NCBI GenBank assembly: GCA_037969075.1
Contig: JBBKWS010000139.1
Location: 1 to 30,402 of the forward strand
DNA: 30,402 nucleotides
From: Bdellovibrionales bacterium
Lineage (GTDB): Bacteria > Bdellovibrionota > Bdellovibrionia > Bdellovibrionales > UBA840
Direction: 5' to 3'
Shown here piece by piece: positions 17,619-26,008 of this stretch (position 1 is the first letter of the stretch; each line of letters starts with the position of its first letter). Both the position numbers and the translations under genes were made by a program. Under the pieces are notes generated by a model. The model saw only the letters and a list, made by a program, of their open reading frames with translations, did no database searches and was not told where the DNA came from.

Positions 17619-18875
17619 ATGGCTATATCAAACAACTATCAAGCACTTACAAGTGCTGAAATAAACTCAAATGAGACCTTTTGGGGTGCTACCGGCAAGC
17701 TGGGAGCTGGGTTATTTTTCGCTAGGTTAGTAGAGTGTGGAGAAAAGAGTATTCGAGTTATGTTTAACCACGGTCTTTATAGCGTGAAGCTAAGCTCTAA
17801 TCATACTAATATAAAGCCTGGAGATATTATTAAGGTAGTATTTACAGAGGCAGATAAGAGTGGTTTTTCGATAAATTTAGATGGGGAGAATGTGCAAGTA
17901 CTTGTACATTCTCAAGCCGAATCATTAAAAATCCCTTTAAATATTGAGGTAAATAAAAAGTGGCTGCATTTTATCTCACTATTACGTGAATTTTTCATTG
18001 TAAATAACTTTATCGAATTTAGAACTCCAACATTAGTACCTTCACCTGGAATTGAAGAGCATATAGATGTTTTTAAGACAGAATTTATTAGGGGATCATT
18101 GAAAAAACAGATGTATTTACCTACTTCACCAGAGTTTCATTTAAAAAAAGCTTTGAGCCTTGGGTGGAATCAAATATTTGAAATAAAAGATTGTTTTAGA
18201 AATAACGAAGACAGTCCAATGCATCAACCCGAGTTTACGATGTTAGAATGGTATAGGGCGTATTCAAACTTAGAGTTCATCGTAAGTGATACAAAAAAAA
18301 TACTTTTATTTTTATCATCTAAGTTGGGTATGTCCCCGCCAGTGATCTCAGCGGTAAGCGTTGCAAATTTATTTAAACAGTATCTCGATTTTGAGTTAAC
18401 TGTAGAGACCACAAAAGAAGACTTAGAGATCTTATTGCAGCACTATAAGATTGCATATTCGGCCGAGGACACCTGGGATGATCTATACTTCAGAATCTTT
18501 ATTGAAAAGATCGAACCATCTTTGGGTCAAGCGGGACCATTGCTAGTAACTAAGTATCCTCCCTCACAAGCGGCACTAGCGAGACTAACAGATGACGGTT
18601 GGGCTGATCGTTTTGAATTGTATTGGAAGGGGATAGAGATAGCTAACGCCTTTCATGAGCTCAATGACCCAGACGAGCAGAGAGCTAGATTTCAAAAGAC
18701 GAATGACAAAAGAATCTTTTCTAAAAAAGAAGCTTTACCAATTGATGAAGATTTTTTGCAAGCACTTAAATATGGCTTACCGCCAAGTGGTGGTATTGCC
18801 TTGGGTGTTGAGAGATTGTTTATGTGCTTTTACGATATTAAAGATATTGGTTTACTTAGAGGCTTTCCGCTGTAA
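17619..18875 (+). CDS. epmA: EF-P lysine aminoacylase EpmA (GenX/PoxA) with an N-terminal extension
   Basis: YLPTSPEFHLKK, FRNNE...HQPEFTMLEWY, RFELYWKGIEIANAFHEL, EQRARF and GLPPSGGIALGVERL. Start codon uncertain. Confidence 0.9.
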   Translation: MAISNNYQALTSAEINSNETFWGATGKLGAGLFFARLVECGEKSIRVMFNHGLYSVKLSSNHTNIKPGDIIKVVFTEADKSGFSINLDGENVQVLVHSQAESLKIPLNIEVNKKWLHFISLLREFFIVNNFIEFRTPTLVPSPGIEEHIDVFKTEFIRGSLKKQMYLPTSPEFHLKKALSLGWNQIFEIKDCFRNNEDSPMHQPEFTMLEWYRAYSNLEFIVSDTKKILLFLSSKLGMSPPVISAVSVANLFKQYLDFELTVETTKEDLEILLQHYKIAYSAEDTWDDLYFRIFIEKIEPSLGQAGPLLVTKYPPSQAALARLTDDGWADRFELYWKGIEIANAFHELNDPDEQRARFQKTNDKRIFSKKEALPIDEDFLQALKYGLPPSGGIALGVERLFMCFYDIKDIGLLRGFPL

Positions 18876-19184
18876 CTAATCATTATCCTTGGGCAAAGGC
18901 TCGCCGGCGCGCTTATTGATTTCTTCTTTTAGCTCTTTTCCAACTTTAAAAAATGGCAACTTTTTTTCTTCTACATTAATGACTTCGCCCGTTCTTGGGT
19001 TGCGACCTTTATAGGATTCATAGTAACGATTTACAAATGAACCAAATCCACGTATCTCGATTCGGTCACCGCGAACTAGAGCTTCAACCATAGAATCAAA
19101 AATTGTATTCACAATAGTTTCCGCTTTTACGCGAGTCATATTTGCTTGATCAGCTATTAAATTGATTAAATCCGCTTTTGTCAT
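18876..19184 (-). CDS. ihfB: HU/IHF family DNA-binding protein, IHF-beta-like
   Basis: MTKADLI...RIEIRGFGSF...GRNPRTGE...PFFKVGKELKE. Family certain; subunit assignment is from motifs only. Confidence 0.85.
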   Translation of the reverse strand: MTKADLINLIADQANMTRVKAETIVNTIFDSMVEALVRGDRIEIRGFGSFVNRYYESYKGRNPRTGEVINVEEKKLPFFKVGKELKEEINKRAGEPLPKDND

Positions 19185-19261
19185 TCCAACCCTCTAACCT
19201 ATTGAAAGTATTGCATATAAGTTCATGCCCAACCAAATTAATTAATACTAATGCAAAGCAT

Positions 19262-20614
19262 CTATAGTGAAGAATCATCTGGAACAATGCCTCTTCCGTA
19301 GGCATCACCGAAATATGCCATTATAGCTAGTAAAAAAATGTAAAATTGCACTAAATGCGGATGAAATAAGCTCGGGTAAAAGAGTCCGGCTAGATGAAAG
19401 TTGATCTGCATTATAAAAGTGCCTAAAACAATGATCTTGTGCCATCTGTGGGTCCTGGGGACTTCGCGCAGCAGCCTCAGGTTTAGGAGAAAGGCTTGTA
19501 ATACAAAAAACAAATATGTGATTAGCCCTAAAATACCGGTGGTTGAGAGGATTTTTAAAAAATTATTCTCCATCCAGGCGCTATCAGAAACGGGTAATTG
19601 GGATAGTATCTGCTTAGCAGGAGAAGAGAAGTCACCACTTCCTAAAAGAATATTGTTAGAGATGGTATCAAACAGCAGTTCGTTTTTTGCATTCATCGCT
19701 TGCCGCAAAACTTGAAAGTTAGTCTCTAACTGCAGTACGGTGACCCGAAAGAAATCTAGAAAAATAAAAAAGACATAGCTTAATAAAATCACCATAACTA
19801 GAGTAATAAAAAAATGTTTTTTGTTAATAAAAAATACGGGAAGGATTAAACTTAAGGCCGCCGTCACCCAAACTCTAATGTCATAGGTGAATAGACATGA
19901 AAGTAAAAATAAAATTCCTAAAGCTAGGTACAACCAATGGATTTTACCGCGCTCTTCTAGGTGATAAAAGTAAGCGGTCCATATAAAGCCTGATATAAAA
20001 CTAAAAAACAGGCCGAATATTAAAGGTGAACTAAATAGGCCACTTGCAATATAGGTATTAAAGTGATCAAAAGATTTAAATAGACTCACCTGAGGTGTGC
20101 CGGGAAAACTATAGCCGGTAAAATGCTGAATCATGGCATAAATGACAAATGCCAATCCACCATAAATGAACAAGTGAAAATATTTATTTACACCAGGAAA
20201 TAGATGTAAAACATATGGAAAAATGCATAAAAAGGGGATCCAGCGAAGATACATAAAAAAAGATAATGTATCGCTGTTGCTAAGAGAAAAAGAGAGTAGG
20301 CAGGTCATAAAAAAGAGCAGGAGAGGAAGCTCTAAGCCAGTGAAGAACCAACGCAGTTCTTTCTTTTTACCAACAGCATCAATCAAAATATAAAGTAAAC
20401 CAAAGCTTATAACTACCCAGCTTGAAATTTCTAGTAGTAAAGTTGAACACAGAAAAAAAATGACATAGATAAATTGTAGCCATGGGATGGGTAGTCCAAA
20501 CATATTTTTAAACAATAGTCTAATGGAAGAGATTTCACCGCTACCAAACGAAGCTATAGGCTGTGGGTTGGTGTTGCTTCTGGCTTTCTCACTTGGCGTA
20601 ATTATGTAAGACAT
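19262..20614 (-). CDS. O-antigen ligase (WaaL/Wzy_C)-like polytopic membrane protein
   Basis: About 12 TM segments; ASGLFSSP, NILLGSG and NNFLKILSTTGILG follow the Wzy_C layout, but the usual His motif is absent. Confidence 0.7.
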   Translation of the reverse strand: MSYIITPSEKARSNTNPQPIASFGSGEISSIRLLFKNMFGLPIPWLQFIYVIFFLCSTLLLEISSWVVISFGLLYILIDAVGKKKELRWFFTGLELPLLLFFMTCLLSFSLSNSDTLSFFMYLRWIPFLCIFPYVLHLFPGVNKYFHLFIYGGLAFVIYAMIQHFTGYSFPGTPQVSLFKSFDHFNTYIASGLFSSPLIFGLFFSFISGFIWTAYFYHLEERGKIHWLYLALGILFLLSCLFTYDIRVWVTAALSLILPVFFINKKHFFITLVMVILLSYVFFIFLDFFRVTVLQLETNFQVLRQAMNAKNELLFDTISNNILLGSGDFSSPAKQILSQLPVSDSAWMENNFLKILSTTGILGLITYLFFVLQAFLLNLRLLREVPRTHRWHKIIVLGTFIMQINFHLAGLFYPSLFHPHLVQFYIFLLAIMAYFGDAYGRGIVPDDSSL

Positions 20615-20615
20615 A

Positions 20616-21872
20616 CTACCTCATCACTTTATATTTTTTTGTAAATTTTAAAACTTCAAAATAGGCATTAATACAGTCGCTAATCATTTTATTGGTATCT
20701 GAGTATGCAATAATCTTTTGTCTCGCATTTTCGCCAACATCCTGACTGTTGATTTGCTGGTGTATGATGTCTAAAAACAATTGATAGATGCTGATTGTAT
20801 CTGCTGGCCGCACTAAGAACCCATCCTTACCGTCTTCAATAAAAGTAGAAAGGCCACTTACCTCTGATCCGATAATAATTTTTTTCTGCAGCATTGCTTC
20901 TAATAAGCTCAGCTCAAATCCAGATGTTTTAGAACTTAAACTAATATAAATATCTGCCGCCTCCACATAGTCCGTAGTATCCACATTTTTTATAGCGCCG
21001 GTGAAAATTACCTTACTGCCTAGAGCTCGGCTATAAACCATAAACTCTATAGCCTGGCGTTGAGAACCATTGCCGACTATGACTAAGTACGTATTTGGTT
21101 TTTTGATGACTGTTCTTTCAAACGCATTTAATAAGATTTCGGATTCATTGGTTTCAGTCATATCTGAAAAAGTAATAATAACAAACGCATCAGATGGGAT
21201 GCCTAACTTTTGCTTTATATTACTATCGTTTTTGATAGACTGCTGCTCAGACAGCTCGATGCCATAACTTACAGTAAATGTTTTGCGGTCAGGATATAAA
21301 TAGTATCGCTCTAGAGTGAGTCGTTGCTGTGGACTGGTTACAAATACCCCATCAGCACTTTTAAGCAATACTCTGTCTCCACCAAAGAATGTTCTAATAA
21401 ATTTATAGGTGACTGCAAATGCAGACTGTATTGCGCTCCAGGCTGTTTCTTGTGACATACCTAAAATAGAAAAAAGCTCAGACATTCTTGTTGCTTCAAC
21501 ATCAACTATCGCAGTAACTCCAAATTGTTTTTTAAATTTTAAAACTTTAATGCCTGAGCGGTCCATACAGTGTACAATATGAAAGGGTTGTTTGCCATGA
21601 AGCTGAGAGAACTTCTCTTTAACGACATCTACGTACTGCTCATCATTGTAGTAGCCATCTTGATTTAAGAAGTAGGCGTAAATGCCATCTTGTTCTACCT
21701 CACTGCGATTCAATAGTGTGTGAGAGGAGATAACACTAACTCGGTGTCCTTTTTTAGTAAGACCTTTTGCAATTTGAACCAGGTAACTATGATGAGCCGC
21801 TCTTCCGATAAGCGGAAAGCGTTTTGAGATAATACAAATGTTCAGTTCGCGCGGAAGTAGGGCCTTTGCCAT
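20616..21872 (-). CDS. Glycosyltransferase family 4 (GT-B) with an atypical donor-binding motif
   Basis: GT4 layout (LTKKGHRVSVI, LVIVGNG, VIFTG, IEDGKDGFLV); SGFELSLLE replaces E-x7-E. Confidence 0.8.
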   Translation of the reverse strand: MAKALLPRELNICIISKRFPLIGRAAHHSYLVQIAKGLTKKGHRVSVISSHTLLNRSEVEQDGIYAYFLNQDGYYNDEQYVDVVKEKFSQLHGKQPFHIVHCMDRSGIKVLKFKKQFGVTAIVDVEATRMSELFSILGMSQETAWSAIQSAFAVTYKFIRTFFGGDRVLLKSADGVFVTSPQQRLTLERYYLYPDRKTFTVSYGIELSEQQSIKNDSNIKQKLGIPSDAFVIITFSDMTETNESEILLNAFERTVIKKPNTYLVIVGNGSQRQAIEFMVYSRALGSKVIFTGAIKNVDTTDYVEAADIYISLSSKTSGFELSLLEAMLQKKIIIGSEVSGLSTFIEDGKDGFLVRPADTISIYQLFLDIIHQQINSQDVGENARQKIIAYSDTNKMISDCINAYFEVLKFTKKYKVMR

Positions 21873-21879
21873 AGCCTAC

Positions 21880-21908
21880 AGCCTAAAGATAAAAGTTTGA
21901 AATTTCTA
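21880..21908 (-). promoter_or_regulatory. Possible sigma70-type promoter placed for a leaderless mRNA
   Basis: TAGAAA-N17-TAGGCT-N7-ATG(21872); weak -35. Confidence 0.35.
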
Positions 21909-21921
21909 GCTTTTTTTGAAA

Positions 21922-22326
21922 TTAAAGAACGCTTAAGATGTCGTTTAGCATGGCGCGATTAGTGTCGGGTATATTTAGACTTGGTATAGTTGCTTTATCT
22001 ACCCATTTTAAATCTGTGTGATGTAAACTTTTGGGTTCACCCGTCCAATATAGAACTTCATAAAAAAGTAGCAAAATGCCCTTGTCTCCAAATTTATGAG
22101 AGTTCGCAATTTTTAAATCACCAATTTCTGCTTTGATGCCAAGTTCTTCAGATAGTTCCCGCTGTAAAGCTTCTTTGGGACTCTCACCAAGCTCTAGTTT
22201 TCCACCAGGAAATTCCCATTGACCGGGCAGTGTGTTGCCTTCTGGTCTTTGTCCTAGTAGAACCTTCCCATCTTTTTTCATGAGTGCGGTTACAACTGGA
22301 ATCCATATGACACGCTTAGATTTCAT
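21922..22326 (-). CDS. rppH: MutT-like Nudix hydrolase, orthologue of the Bdellovibrio RNA pyrophosphohydrolase BdRppH
   Basis: Nudix box GGKLELGESPKEALQRELSEELG. WIPVV...KDGK.L.GQRPE...GQWEFPGG and FYEVLYWTGEP...HH closely match BdRppH as I recall it. Confidence 0.8.
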   Translation of the reverse strand: MKSKRVIWIPVVTALMKKDGKVLLGQRPEGNTLPGQWEFPGGKLELGESPKEALQRELSEELGIKAEIGDLKIANSHKFGDKGILLLFYEVLYWTGEPKSLHHTDLKWVDKATIPSLNIPDTNRAMLNDILSVL

Positions 22327-22332
22327 TCAAAT

Positions 22333-22361
22333 AGTGTAGAGGATTCCGTTGACGGTGTCAT
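22333..22361 (-). promoter_or_regulatory. sigma70-type promoter placed for a leaderless rppH mRNA
   Basis: ATGACA-N17-TACACT-N6-ATG(22326); no SD. Confidence 0.55.
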
Positions 22362-22368
22362 CCACTCA

Positions 22369-23631
22369 TTAGCGAGGATATAATCCTCTAAGAAGCATGC
22401 CTTTTTCCACGCGCTTCATAGCAAGAGACATAGCTGCAACCTTCATGTCGATGCCTTCTTTTTGTGACATTTCCCATACACTCTTAAATGCTTTTGTGAT
22501 TACAAATCGTAGTCTCTCATTAACGGCATCTTCATCCCAAAAGAAAGAGGCCATACTTTGTACCCACTCAAAGTATGATACAATTACGCCGCCACCATTG
22601 GCTAAGATGTCTGGTAAAACGGTAACGCCTTTTTCGTGTAAAATTTTATTTGCGTCAGGTGTTACAGGACCGTTAGCACCCTCCACAATAATTTTAGCAC
22701 GTATGTTGTTTGCATTTTTACTGGTGATTACACCATCAAGTGCTGCTGGAATAAGTACATCCACATCAAGAGTTAAAAGTTCTGTATTTGTTAAATTCTC
22801 TCCGGTGCCAATTTTTGATAGGCTTTTAGTTTGTTTGTAAGCGGCAATCAGCTCGGGAATATCAAATCCGTTTGCATTAAAAATAGCACCATCAACATCA
22901 CTTACTGCTAAAACTTTAGCACCTCTTTGATAAGCATAAAGCGCTGCATGTGAGCCAACATTACCAAAACCTTGTACGGCAATGGTTGTGCCTTTCATTT
23001 CTTTATTTTGTAGTTTCAAAGCTTCTTCTAAACAAAAAATAGCTCCAAGTCCTGTTGCCCCTTCTCTACCAAGGGAGCCTCCAATTTCAACAGGCTTTCC
23101 TGTAACAACACCTTGTACCGCATGACCGACGCTTTGCGAGTACGTATCCATAATCCAAGCCATCGTTTGTGCGTCAGTACCAACATCGGGGGCAGGAATG
23201 TCTTGTAGCGGCCCAATGAAGGGTAGTATTTCGGTGGTATAGCGCCTTGTTAAGTTTTGTTTTTCTGTGCGCGATAGTTTGGTAGGGTCAACTGCAATGC
23301 CACCCTTTGCGCCACCAAGTGGTAAATTTAAAAGTGAGTTTTTGAAAGTCATAAGAGAAGCAAGTGCCGCTACTTCACTTAGCGTAACGCCTTGATGGTA
23401 TCTTATACCGCCTTTTCCGGGGCCAAGAGTTAAGCTGTGTTGCACACGAAAACCTTGGAACACTTTAACTGTCTTATCGTCCATACGCACAGGAACACTT
23501 ACGCACAGTGCTCTTTTTGGATATTTTAATCTAGCAAGTACGTTTACATCAATATTGGCTTTTTTTCCGACGTAATCTAAATAATCAGAAGTGTGTTCAA
23601 AAAATTCGCCCCGGTAGAGATTTTGATCCAT
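22369..23631 (-). CDS. gdhA: Glutamate dehydrogenase (Glu/Leu/Phe/Val dehydrogenase family)
   Basis: GPGKGGIRY, GGAKGG, DIPAPDVGT, VQGFGNVG, EGANGP and NGGGVIVSYFEWVQ. ATG 23631 with SD AAGGA. Confidence 0.93.
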   Translation of the reverse strand: MDQNLYRGEFFEHTSDYLDYVGKKANIDVNVLARLKYPKRALCVSVPVRMDDKTVKVFQGFRVQHSLTLGPGKGGIRYHQGVTLSEVAALASLMTFKNSLLNLPLGGAKGGIAVDPTKLSRTEKQNLTRRYTTEILPFIGPLQDIPAPDVGTDAQTMAWIMDTYSQSVGHAVQGVVTGKPVEIGGSLGREGATGLGAIFCLEEALKLQNKEMKGTTIAVQGFGNVGSHAALYAYQRGAKVLAVSDVDGAIFNANGFDIPELIAAYKQTKSLSKIGTGENLTNTELLTLDVDVLIPAALDGVITSKNANNIRAKIIVEGANGPVTPDANKILHEKGVTVLPDILANGGGVIVSYFEWVQSMASFFWDEDAVNERLRFVITKAFKSVWEMSQKEGIDMKVAAMSLAMKRVEKGMLLRGLYPR

Positions 23632-23811
23632 GACGGTATCCTTGTTATATGTGTGAATTAATTTATGCAGTTTTTTAGTAAGATTGTCTAGGGATGACAT
23701 TTCGTATTGGTTAGTCTTTTTTATTGCTGATACTTCGGGCACAGTCTTGACTCTCTAAAATAGACCAAGTTCTTTAGTGACTTTTTGAGCGCTTCAAGCA
23801 AAATTACTGTT

Positions 23812-24828
23812 ATGAAAACAAGCGGATCTCTAAATCTATTGCAACAGAACGTACTAGGTAAATTAGACTCATTGAAGAGCTCAAAAATACTAGTAGTGGG
23901 TGATGTGGGTATTGATCAGTACGTTACTGGCGGCGTAAAGCGTATTAGTCCTGAGGCTCCAGTGCCGGTAGTAGAAGTTAAAGAAGAGTTTTATCGGTTG
24001 GGCCTATCCACCAATGTCGCTCAAAATATAAAAAGTTTAGGCGGCGTCCCTGTACTGTTATCAGTTATCGGTGAGGATGAAGGCGGTGGACAACTACAGA
24101 AGCTATTACAAGAAGGCGGCATTGCAACAGACTTTTTAATTAAAGATAGTGCACGTCCAACCACTCGAAAAATTAGGGTCATGTCAGGAATGCACCATAT
24201 TGTACGGGTGGACTATGAAGAGAAAAAATCTTTATCCTCAAAGATTCAGTTGCAAATCTTGGATCAAATTAAAAAACAGGCGAATCAAATTGATGGTGTA
24301 ATATTACAAGATTATGCCAAAGGGGTGCTCTCAAAAGATCTAAATCATGAGATTACGGCTCTCTGTAAGAGTCTTAAAAAACCAGTCTATGCTGATCCTA
24401 ATGAGAGAGCGGCGCTTGCGAACTATGAAAACGTGACGCTGATGACTCCTAATCTTAAAGAAGCACTAGCTTTAGCAAAATGGGATAGAGATGCTGAAGA
24501 TATGACGGATAAAGAGGTCCATGAACTGGGACATGAGATCCAAAATAAAATTAACAGCGAATATATGATTATTACCCGTAGTAAAGAGGGAATGACCCTG
24601 TTTGAAGATAAGCGAATCTTAGATGTACCAACATTTGCTAGACAAGTTTACGATGTTACAGGGGCGGGGGACACTGTAATTTCTGCACTAGCGATGGGCC
24701 TGTTGTCCGGTTTTTCTTTAGAGGAGGCCTGTATTTTCGCTAATTTCGCTGCAGGAGTCGTTGTAGCAAAAGTGGGGAGTGCAACCTGTAATTTAGATGA
24801 AATCCGCCAGTCGATGAATAGCTATTGA
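23812..24828 (+). CDS. rfaE1: D-glycero-beta-D-manno-heptose-7-phosphate kinase (stand-alone HldE kinase domain, PfkB fold)
   Basis: RISPEAPVPVV, RPTTRKIRV, DYAKGV, TPNLKEA and VYDVTGAGDTV. ATG at 23812; alternative TTG at 23785. Confidence 0.92.
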   Translation: MKTSGSLNLLQQNVLGKLDSLKSSKILVVGDVGIDQYVTGGVKRISPEAPVPVVEVKEEFYRLGLSTNVAQNIKSLGGVPVLLSVIGEDEGGGQLQKLLQEGGIATDFLIKDSARPTTRKIRVMSGMHHIVRVDYEEKKSLSSKIQLQILDQIKKQANQIDGVILQDYAKGVLSKDLNHEITALCKSLKKPVYADPNERAALANYENVTLMTPNLKEALALAKWDRDAEDMTDKEVHELGHEIQNKINSEYMIITRSKEGMTLFEDKRILDVPTFARQVYDVTGAGDTVISALAMGLLSGFSLEEACIFANFAAGVVVAKVGSATCNLDEIRQSMNSY

Positions 24829-24853
24829 CGCTTCGCTTATAAAGCCTTATTAT
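24825..24853 (+). promoter_or_regulatory. sigma70 promoter of rlmN
   Basis: TTGACG-N17-TATTAT, followed by a short leader with SD GAGG. Confidence 0.65.
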
Positions 24854-24875
24854 CCGACCTCGAATCAGAGGTAAT

Positions 24876-25946
24876 GTGTTGGAAAAGAAGAACTTTTTTG
24901 ATTTTAGTATGACCGATCTCGAGACCTTTTTAGCAGGGCTTGGGAAGGAAAAGTTTCGCGCAAAACAACTCTATAAATGGGTTTATGAAGAGCGCGTACA
25001 AAACCCTATTGAAATGACTAACCTTTCTAAGGTCTTCAGAGAAGATTTAACCAAAATGTTAGATTTTCAACTACCCAAGCCAGTGCAAGTTTTAGATTCA
25101 GTAGATGGCACTAGAAAGTTTTTATTTGATGTAGACGGCTTAACTTTTGAGACGGTATTAATCCCGGCCAAAAATCGTATGACTATTTGCTTATCATCTG
25201 AAGTCGGTTGCAACATGGCCTGTAAGTTTTGTTATACAGGAAAGCAAAAGTTAAAACGCAGATTATCGGCGGCAGAAATTGTTGGACAATACGTGGTTGC
25301 AGCAGACTCTTTAAAAGGCGAAGACCGTCGTATCTCAAATATAGTTTTTATGGGTATGGGTGAGCCTTTAGATAATAGTGATAATGTATTTAAAGCGATT
25401 GATATTATCACTGATCACCATGGCTATAAACTTGGGCGCAGAAAAATAACAGTTTCTACTTCGGGGATTGTGCCTGAAATGCATAAGATCTGGGAAAACA
25501 AAGTTCGAATGGCTGTCAGTTTAAACGCAAGTTCTGATGAAATTCGTAATTTTGTAATGCCGATCAACAAGCGTTATCCACTAAAAGAACTGCTGTCTAT
25601 TTGCAAAGAGTACACTGAGAAAACAAGTAACCGGGTTACTTTTGAGTATGTTTTATTAAAAGGTGTAACTGATCGTATAGAAGATGCAGTTCGCGTGCAT
25701 CAATTAGTAAAAAATATTCCGTGTAAGATTAATATCATTCCATTCAACGAACATCCGGGTACAGAGTTCTTTCGTCCAGACGAAGAAGCCATCGAAGCTT
25801 TCGCACAAAAGATGATGTCTTTTGGTTACCAGGCTATAGTCCGCAAGACCATGGGCCGTGATATTTTCGCTGCCTGCGGACAATTGACTTCTAAGTACGA
25901 AGGACGTCCTGAAACTATGCAGGCCAGTCTAGATGGTCTAGTCTAA
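24876..25946 (+). CDS. rlmN: 23S rRNA m2A2503 / tRNA m2A37 radical SAM methyltransferase
   Basis: DGTRKFL, CNMACKFC, FMGMGEP, KINIIPFN and GRDIFAACGQL. Confidence 0.96.
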   Translation: MLEKKNFFDFSMTDLETFLAGLGKEKFRAKQLYKWVYEERVQNPIEMTNLSKVFREDLTKMLDFQLPKPVQVLDSVDGTRKFLFDVDGLTFETVLIPAKNRMTICLSSEVGCNMACKFCYTGKQKLKRRLSAAEIVGQYVVAADSLKGEDRRISNIVFMGMGEPLDNSDNVFKAIDIITDHHGYKLGRRKITVSTSGIVPEMHKIWENKVRMAVSLNASSDEIRNFVMPINKRYPLKELLSICKEYTEKTSNRVTFEYVLLKGVTDRIEDAVRVHQLVKNIPCKINIIPFNEHPGTEFFRPDEEAIEAFAQKMMSFGYQAIVRKTMGRDIFAACGQLTSKYEGRPETMQASLDGLV

Positions 25947-26008
25947 TTTTACGTTTTTTATCTTAAACGCTTAAATTCACAAGGCTTTCTCTCCGATGAA
26001 GCCTTAAG

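Noticed and set aside
17619..18875. Lysyl-tRNA synthetase (lysS)
   Set aside because: TSPEFHLKK and EFTMLEWY are EpmA-type motifs, not LysRS (IAPELYLKR), and the protein is too short.
23632..23742. Long N-terminal extension of gdhA in the ORF track (likewise 9136-9207, 10996-11043, 12638-12664)
   Set aside because: Artefacts of taking the most upstream start; family homology, SD sites or promoters point to downstream ATGs.
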